Origin: Acidimicrobiia bacterium
Lineage (GTDB): Bacteria; Acidobacteriota; Vicinamibacteria; Vicinamibacterales; UBA2999
Assembly: GCA_038144855.1 (NCBI GenBank)
Contig: JAYQOO010000006.1
Location: 9,597-73,596, forward strand
DNA: 64,000 nt
Reading direction: 5' to 3'
Part shown: piece by piece, positions 58,696 to 64,000 of the stretch
Layout of the letters: each line of letters opens with the position of its first letter
How positions within the stretch are numbered: the first letter of the stretch is position 1
Program-made: the position numbers and the translations under genes
The notes under the pieces: generated by a model
Told to the model about the DNA's origin: nothing
The model's input: the letters and a program-made list of their open reading frames with translations, nothing else
The model's database searches: none

Positions 58696-60864
58696 GTGCG
58701 GATGCGCAAAGCTCTTCCGCTGCTCCTTGTCACTTTTGCACTCGTCTCCGCGACCTCCCCCACGGCGCAGGTGCGTCCGATCCGCGGCTTTCCAGATGAC
58801 GCCGTGGCCGCGCAGCGCCAGCGTGAAGAGCAGTACCGCAAGATTCCGGACGCGGCGCGGCTGAAGGAATACATGGAGGCGATGGCGGGAGACTCGCACG
58901 TCGCCGGGCAGCCGTCGTCGAAGCGCGTCGCCGACTACGCGCTCGCGAAGTTCAAGTCGTTCGGCCTCGATGCGCGGCTCGAGGAATTCGAGGCGATGAT
59001 GCCGTGGCCGATCGAGACCACCGTCGAAGTGGTTGGCCCTGAAAAGTACACGCTCCGGGTGAAGGAGCCGGTGTTGCCGGAGGATCCGGACTCCGGTGAC
59101 CAGACGCCGCTCTATAACGCCTACTCCGGCGATGGCGATGTCACCGGCGAAGTGATCTACGTCAACTACGGCATGCCCGCCGATTACGACCGCCTGAAGG
59201 AGCTGGGCGTCGACGTCAAGGGCAAGATCGTGATTGCGCGTTACGGTGCCGGCTGGCGCGGCATCAAGCCAAAGGTTGCCTACGAGCATGGCGCGATCGG
59301 CTGCCTGATCTATTCCGATCCCCGGGACGACGGCTACTACCCGGGTGATGTCTATCCGGCCGGTCCGTACCGTCCGGAGTTCGGCGCGCAGCGCGGCAGC
59401 GTGATGGACATGCCGGTGCACGCCGGCGATCCGCTGACGCCAGGGTGGGGCAGTGAGGCCGGCGGCAAGAAGCTGCGGATCGAAGAATCGCAGACCATCC
59501 TCAAGATCCCCGTGCTGCCGATCTCCTACGGCGACGCGTTGCCGATCCTGCGACAGCTCAAGGGCAAGGTCGTGCCGAACGAATGGAAGGGCGCGCTGCC
59601 GATCACCTATCACGTCGGCCCCGGCCCCGCCCGCGTCCACATGAACCTGAAGTTCGAGTGGAAGAATCGCCCGCTTTACAACGTCGTGGCGCGCATTCCC
59701 GGCGCGACGCGCCCGGACGAATGGGTGATCTTCGGCAACCATCACGATGCCTGGGTGATGGGGGCGGATGACCCGATCAGCGGCGCATCGGCGTTGATGG
59801 AAACGGCGCGTGGCCTCGGCGAAATGCTCAAGACCGGCTGGCGTCCGTCGCGTACGATCGTGCTGGCGCTCTGGGACGGCGAAGAGTGGGGCTTGCTTGG
59901 GTCGACCGAATGGGCCGAGAAGCACGGCGCCGAACTGAAGCAGAAGGCCGCGATCTACATCAATACGGACGGCACCGGGAAGGGCTGGCTCAACACCGGT
60001 GGATCCCACAGCCTGCAGCAACTGATGGGCGAGGTCGCAAAAGAGGTGATGGATCCCCGCACCGGCAAGCCGGTGTTCGACGAGGCTCGTCGTCGCGCGA
60101 TCCTGGGCGAGGCAGAGGCCGATCGGAAAGCCGCCGAGGCAGACCCATCGCTGCGGCTCTCACCGCTTGGTTCGGGCTCAGACTTCACGCCCTTCCTGCA
60201 GCATCTCACCACGTCGGTATTGAACGTCGGCTTCGGTGGCGAGAGTCCTGGTGGCGTCTATCACTCGGCCTACGACACGGTGAAGTGGTATCAGACCTAC
60301 TCGGATGGTGACTACACCTACGGACGCACGCTGTCGCAACTGACGGGCACCCTGATCATGCGACTCGCGGATGCGCCGGTGCTGCCGTTCCAGTTCACCG
60401 ACACGGCGGACACGCTGATGCGCTACGTTGTCGAACTCGAGAAACTCGCCGAGTCGAAGAAGGACTCCAGGGTGGACATGAAGCCGGTGCGAAGCGCCGT
60501 GGAATCGCTGCGCTCGGCCGCGCAGGCGTTCGAGAAGGCCTATGCAGCAGTGCCGAAATCCAGCACCCAGGCGCTGATGGCGAAGCAGGAACTCACGCAG
60601 CTCAACTCGCTGCTGCTCACGTCCGAACAGAAGCTCGGCAACCGTGAAGGGCTGCCGCGTCGTGACTGGTTCAAGCACCAGATCTACGCGCCTGGCTTCT
60701 ACACCGGCTACGGCGTCAAGACGATGCCGCAGATCCGAGAGGGCCTGGAAGAGAATCGCTTCACCGAAGCGCAGGGCGGCGTGCGAACGGTGTCGGCGGC
60801 GATCAACGCCCTGGCCGCGCAGGTGAATGACGCAGCCGCGAAACTCCAGGGAGCTGTGAAGTAG
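58696..60864 (+). CDS. M28-family peptidase, glutamate carboxypeptidase II / transferrin-receptor-like
   Basis: Signal peptide and PA domain. Zinc-site segments FGNHHDAW and ALWDGEEWGLLGSTEW. C-terminal TfR-like dimerisation helices. Confidence 0.85.
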   Translation: MRMRKALPLLLVTFALVSATSPTAQVRPIRGFPDDAVAAQRQREEQYRKIPDAARLKEYMEAMAGDSHVAGQPSSKRVADYALAKFKSFGLDARLEEFEAMMPWPIETTVEVVGPEKYTLRVKEPVLPEDPDSGDQTPLYNAYSGDGDVTGEVIYVNYGMPADYDRLKELGVDVKGKIVIARYGAGWRGIKPKVAYEHGAIGCLIYSDPRDDGYYPGDVYPAGPYRPEFGAQRGSVMDMPVHAGDPLTPGWGSEAGGKKLRIEESQTILKIPVLPISYGDALPILRQLKGKVVPNEWKGALPITYHVGPGPARVHMNLKFEWKNRPLYNVVARIPGATRPDEWVIFGNHHDAWVMGADDPISGASALMETARGLGEMLKTGWRPSRTIVLALWDGEEWGLLGSTEWAEKHGAELKQKAAIYINTDGTGKGWLNTGGSHSLQQLMGEVAKEVMDPRTGKPVFDEARRRAILGEAEADRKAAEADPSLRLSPLGSGSDFTPFLQHLTTSVLNVGFGGESPGGVYHSAYDTVKWYQTYSDGDYTYGRTLSQLTGTLIMRLADAPVLPFQFTDTADTLMRYVVELEKLAESKKDSRVDMKPVRSAVESLRSAAQAFEKAYAAVPKSSTQALMAKQELTQLNSLLLTSEQKLGNREGLPRRDWFKHQIYAPGFYTGYGVKTMPQIREGLEENRFTEAQGGVRTVSAAINALAAQVNDAAAKLQGAVK

Positions 60865-60903
60865 TGCGAGGGTGCGTAAGTGCGAGGGTGCGAGGGTGCG
60901 CTC
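60864..60903. repeat. Tandem 8-nt repeat GTGCGNNN, five copies, across a stop/start junction
   Basis: gtgcgagg gtgcgtaa gtgcgagg gtgcgagg gtgcgctc, beginning on the last base of the M28 TAG stop. Confidence 0.55.
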
Positions 60904-62015
60904 TTGCAGCTGTCGTGTTGCTTGGAGGCTGCGGAGCGCCGCCGGCCGAGGCGCCATCGCCCGCACCAGCGACGGAACTGGCTCCAAAGACGGTGCCGGA
61001 GCTTGCGCAGCTCACTGAAGCCAGCGCGTCGAACTTCGCGCAACTCGCGCTGAAATGCGTCCAGAAGACGTATCCCAACCAGCCGCAGTTGATCCTCGGC
61101 AAGCCCGAAGATGTCATGCCGCCGGAACAGGCGCACCCGTCCTTCTACGGCTGCTATGACTGGCACTCCTCAGTGCACGGCCACTGGATGCTCGCGCGTG
61201 TACTACGCATGTTTCCCAACCTGCCAGAGGCACCGCAAATCAAGAAGGCGCTGACCGCCAATCTGTCGGCGAAGAACATCGCGGTCGAGGCCGCCTATTT
61301 CAACCGTCCGGATGCGAAGGCGTTTGAGCGCATGTATGGCTGGGCCTGGTCGCTGAAGCTTGCGGAAGAACTGAACCAAGGTGAGTCGGCGGATGCGAAG
61401 GCGTGGGCGGCAAACGTGAAGCCGCTTGCCGACACGCTGGTTGCGCGCTATCTGGATTTCCTGCCGAAACAGGTCTATCCGATTCGCACAGGCCTGCACC
61501 CCAACACCGCCTTCGGACTTGCGTTCGCGCTCGACTATGCCAACTCGGTCAACGACACCAGGCTGAAAGAGCTGCTGATCGCGCGAAGCCGCGACTATTT
61601 CGCGAACGACACAGACTATTCTGCGAAGCTCGAACCAGGTGGTTCCGACTTCCTGTCGCCGGCCCTGATGGAAGCGGACCTGATGCAGCGCGTCATGCCG
61701 CCCGATCAGTTTGCCACCTGGTTCCGCGCGTTCTTGCCCGGGATTGCGAAGGGCGAACCCAAAAACCTGCTCGAGATTGCCATCGTGAGCGACCGGACCG
61801 ATCCGCAGCTTGGGCACCTCGATGGCCTGAACCTGAGTCGCGCGTGGAGCATGCGCCACATTGCCGCGAGGTTGCCCGCCGGCGACCCGGCGCGAGCGGT
61901 GCTTGAAGAGTCTGCCTATACGCACGCCACCGATGCGTTAAAGAACGTCGCCTCCGGCCACTACGAAGGCGAGCACTGGCTCGGGTCCTTCGCGGTCTAC
62001 CTGCTTACGGAGTAG
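60864..62015 (+). CDS. DUF2891-family protein (lipoprotein signal)
   Basis: FYGCYDWHSSVHGHWMLARVL matches my memory of DUF2891. Lipobox-like VVLLGGC. The start is GTG 60864 or the in-frame GTG 60888. Confidence 0.6.
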   Translation: MRGCVSARVRGCALAAVVLLGGCGAPPAEAPSPAPATELAPKTVPELAQLTEASASNFAQLALKCVQKTYPNQPQLILGKPEDVMPPEQAHPSFYGCYDWHSSVHGHWMLARVLRMFPNLPEAPQIKKALTANLSAKNIAVEAAYFNRPDAKAFERMYGWAWSLKLAEELNQGESADAKAWAANVKPLADTLVARYLDFLPKQVYPIRTGLHPNTAFGLAFALDYANSVNDTRLKELLIARSRDYFANDTDYSAKLEPGGSDFLSPALMEADLMQRVMPPDQFATWFRAFLPGIAKGEPKNLLEIAIVSDRTDPQLGHLDGLNLSRAWSMRHIAARLPAGDPARAVLEESAYTHATDALKNVASGHYEGEHWLGSFAVYLLTE

Positions 62016-63372
62016 CGATCACGCGGTTCGTTCCGCCTGCCTCAGTAATCTTGCGGTTCACGCGATCCTGCAGCCAGTGCGCATCCCACCATTCGACAGG
62101 ATTAACCGGCACACCTTGCAGCAACATCGTGAAATGCAGGTGGTCGCCCCCGGCCAGCCCCGTCGCGCCGCTGCGGCCAAGCTCCTGGCCCTTCGTCACT
62201 GAGTCGCCGACCTTCACGCCGATCTGCGAAAGGTGCGCGTAGAGCGACTGCACGCCAAGGCCGTGATCAACAATCACGCAGTTGCCGTAAATGCCGAGGA
62301 AATCAGCGTGAACGACGACACCGGCGTTGGACGCATGAATCGGCGCCTGCTGCACCGACGCGAGGTCGAAGCCCAGGTGGACCTGTCTGTCGATCTCCTG
62401 ATCCCCGAAGAAGTAGGTGCGGCGATCGGCAAAGCGTGACTCGACCTGCGAGTTGCCCATCTGCGCAAACGCCTCGGTCCATAACATGCGCGGCTGGCTC
62501 TTCTGCGCGAGTGACGCGATGTAGTCGCCGTTCTGCTTGCGCAGGTTGCCGTTGATCTCCAGGAAGCCCTTCAGCAGGCCGTCTGGTGAACTCGTGTCGA
62601 CCTTGATGCCTGGCGTATTCGACGCAATGGCCGGCACGACGCGATCGAGGAAGCGCTGGTCGATCGGAATCTTCGACTGCAGAAATTTCTTCACGAACGG
62701 TTGTCGGTCGACCGGAGTCGTGACCTGGTTGCCGGCGGCATCGCGTGCATACGCGATGATGCGCGTGTTGACGTCCTGGTCGTGCTGCAGCGCGAAGAAC
62801 CCGACGCGAACGGCCGGATCGCTGATGCCCACGGCTGAACCCGGGTAGGCGCGGAACTTCACCTCGCCGACCTGGATGCCGGCATCGACATCCTCCGGCG
62901 TCGCCCGCATCACCACGAACTCAGCTCCGCCCAGATTAATGAAGTGATGGGTCGAGATGACCGAGACTCTCGGCGGGTCGACCCGGGCGGTCAGCTCCCG
63001 CGACACCGAGCTGTGCGCCGTGCGCAGCCCGAAGAACGTCGTTCGTGCCGCATCGACCGTCAAGCGGACCGGACCGTTGGTGGCGTCATTGCCCACCACG
63101 CCGCTCATCACGGTCTTGTTGTCGGTGCGGTCGGTCTTGACGTCGGCGGTCGCGAGCGGCTTGCCGCCCTGCTCAAAGTAGAACGTCGCACCGGTGATCT
63201 CGGTCGGTGACTCGAACGTGATCGAGAACGGCGTGCCCCTGCCGATGTATTTCTCGGGGCCATTGATGGTGATCGACGGTCCAGGTTCGTTGCCGGCACG
63301 GAAGTACATGAATCCAGCGCCGGCAAGTACCGCGAGCGTCACGCCAACAACGATCAGCTTGAAGAATCTCAC
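62005..63372 (-). CDS. M23-family metallopeptidase
   Basis: N-terminal TM anchor, VDHGLGVQSLYAHLS, and GATGLAGGDHLHF. An 11-nt convergent overlap with the DUF2891 gene. Confidence 0.85.
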   Translation of the reverse strand: MRFFKLIVVGVTLAVLAGAGFMYFRAGNEPGPSITINGPEKYIGRGTPFSITFESPTEITGATFYFEQGGKPLATADVKTDRTDNKTVMSGVVGNDATNGPVRLTVDAARTTFFGLRTAHSSVSRELTARVDPPRVSVISTHHFINLGGAEFVVMRATPEDVDAGIQVGEVKFRAYPGSAVGISDPAVRVGFFALQHDQDVNTRIIAYARDAAGNQVTTPVDRQPFVKKFLQSKIPIDQRFLDRVVPAIASNTPGIKVDTSSPDGLLKGFLEINGNLRKQNGDYIASLAQKSQPRMLWTEAFAQMGNSQVESRFADRRTYFFGDQEIDRQVHLGFDLASVQQAPIHASNAGVVVHADFLGIYGNCVIVDHGLGVQSLYAHLSQIGVKVGDSVTKGQELGRSGATGLAGGDHLHFTMLLQGVPVNPVEWWDAHWLQDRVNRKITEAGGTNRVIATP

Positions 63373-63414
63373 TCCACGATCATAAACGGGCGAAACGCCG
63401 TTCGCCGCGACGAT

Positions 63415-64000
63415 TTATTCTTCGCGCAGCGTCCTGATCGGATCCAGCGCGGCCGCACGCCTCGCCGGCAGCAGGCACGCCGTGCCGGCGACGACGGTGA
63501 GGGTGCCGATCACGCCGGCGTAGGTGATCGGATCCATGGGCTTGATGCCGATCAACAGGCTTTGCAATCCGAAGCCGACGCCCAACGACAGCAGCAGCCC
63601 GATCGCCAGGCCGCTGCCGATCAGCCGGGCGCCGTTGCCGGCAATCAGCCGGAACACGTCGCCCTGCGTCGCGCCGATGGCCAGGCGGATGCCGATTTCG
63701 CGGCGCCGCATGCCGACCAGGTACGAGAGCACACCGTAGCTGCCGATGCCGGCAAGCGCGAGCGCGAGCGCGCCAAACACGACCAGCAGGTTGCCGGCCA
63801 TCTTCTGCTGGAAGGTGGCTGCCTTGGTGTGATCGGCCAACAGGCTGACGTTGTAGAACGGGACCTGGGGATCGATCTCCCGCAGCGCGCGCTGCAGGGC
63901 GCCGCCCATCGCCGTTTCGTCGCTCGCCGTCCGCACCATCAACACGCTCGTTGCCGAATAGAACTGCAGCGTCGGGATGACAAACGCGGGCACCGCCCGC
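63415..64000 (-). CDS. FtsX/MacB-type ABC transporter permease, C-terminal part (gene continues beyond the window)
   Basis: C-terminal FtsX helices (RRREIGIRLAIGATQGDVFRLI ...). The frame is open to the right edge. Confidence 0.75.
   Translation of the reverse strand, partial: RAVPAFVIPTLQFYSATSVLMVRTASDETAMGGALQRALREIDPQVPFYNVSLLADHTKAATFQQKMAGNLLVVFGALALALAGIGSYGVLSYLVGMRRREIGIRLAIGATQGDVFRLIAGNGARLIGSGLAIGLLLSLGVGFGLQSLLIGIKPMDPITYAGVIGTLTVVAGTACLLPARRAAALDPIRTLREE

Overview
High-GC (roughly two-thirds G+C by eye) bacterial chromosomal segment with dense coding on both strands. I call about 53 protein-coding genes. I recognised no rRNA, tRNA, CRISPR array, transposase, integrase or prophage genes. 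The gene content points tentatively to an Acidobacteriota-like organism; this is a weak inference from carboxypeptidase-regulatory-domain TonB receptors, an FtsX/MacB-type orphan permease, CBM9/DUF5916, PQQ-like propellers and many secreted peptidases. Housekeeping genes include mutS2, lepA-lepB, glyA, rpiB, citrate synthase, hutI, yggS-divIVA-DUF167, a DinG-like helicase and an RlmI-like methyltransferase. Accessory content includes a LuxR-type two-component pair, vapBC, orphan larB, a processive GT2, an M16 peptidase pair, a DSD1/FAD-FeS oxidase/anion-permease operon, and an ArsR regulator with two tandem SRPBCC genes. Four signals stand out. (1) Four otherwise coherent genes, all encoding exported or envelope proteins, are each cut by a single in-frame TAG at 17896, 23729, 25479 and 35149. 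One of them is a trypsin-like protease whose catalytic triad is split across the TAG. TAG is nevertheless a real terminator elsewhere, and by my manual tally it is the most used stop codon in the window. (2) Three paralogous secreted proteins join an N-terminal CxxCH heme-c-like module to a PHM/DBH-like bicopper monooxygenase domain with all six copper ligands conserved. Two of these sit in a locus with thioredoxin-fold proteins, a TonB-dependent receptor and an unknown secreted protein. (3) 7-nt GCTAC/GTAGC tandem repeats at gene boundaries place TAG in all three frames and in one case build a 24-bp hairpin. (4) 8-nt tandem repeats lie in a divergent promoter region and across a stop/start junction. 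All family assignments rest on motif recognition from memory, not on database searches.
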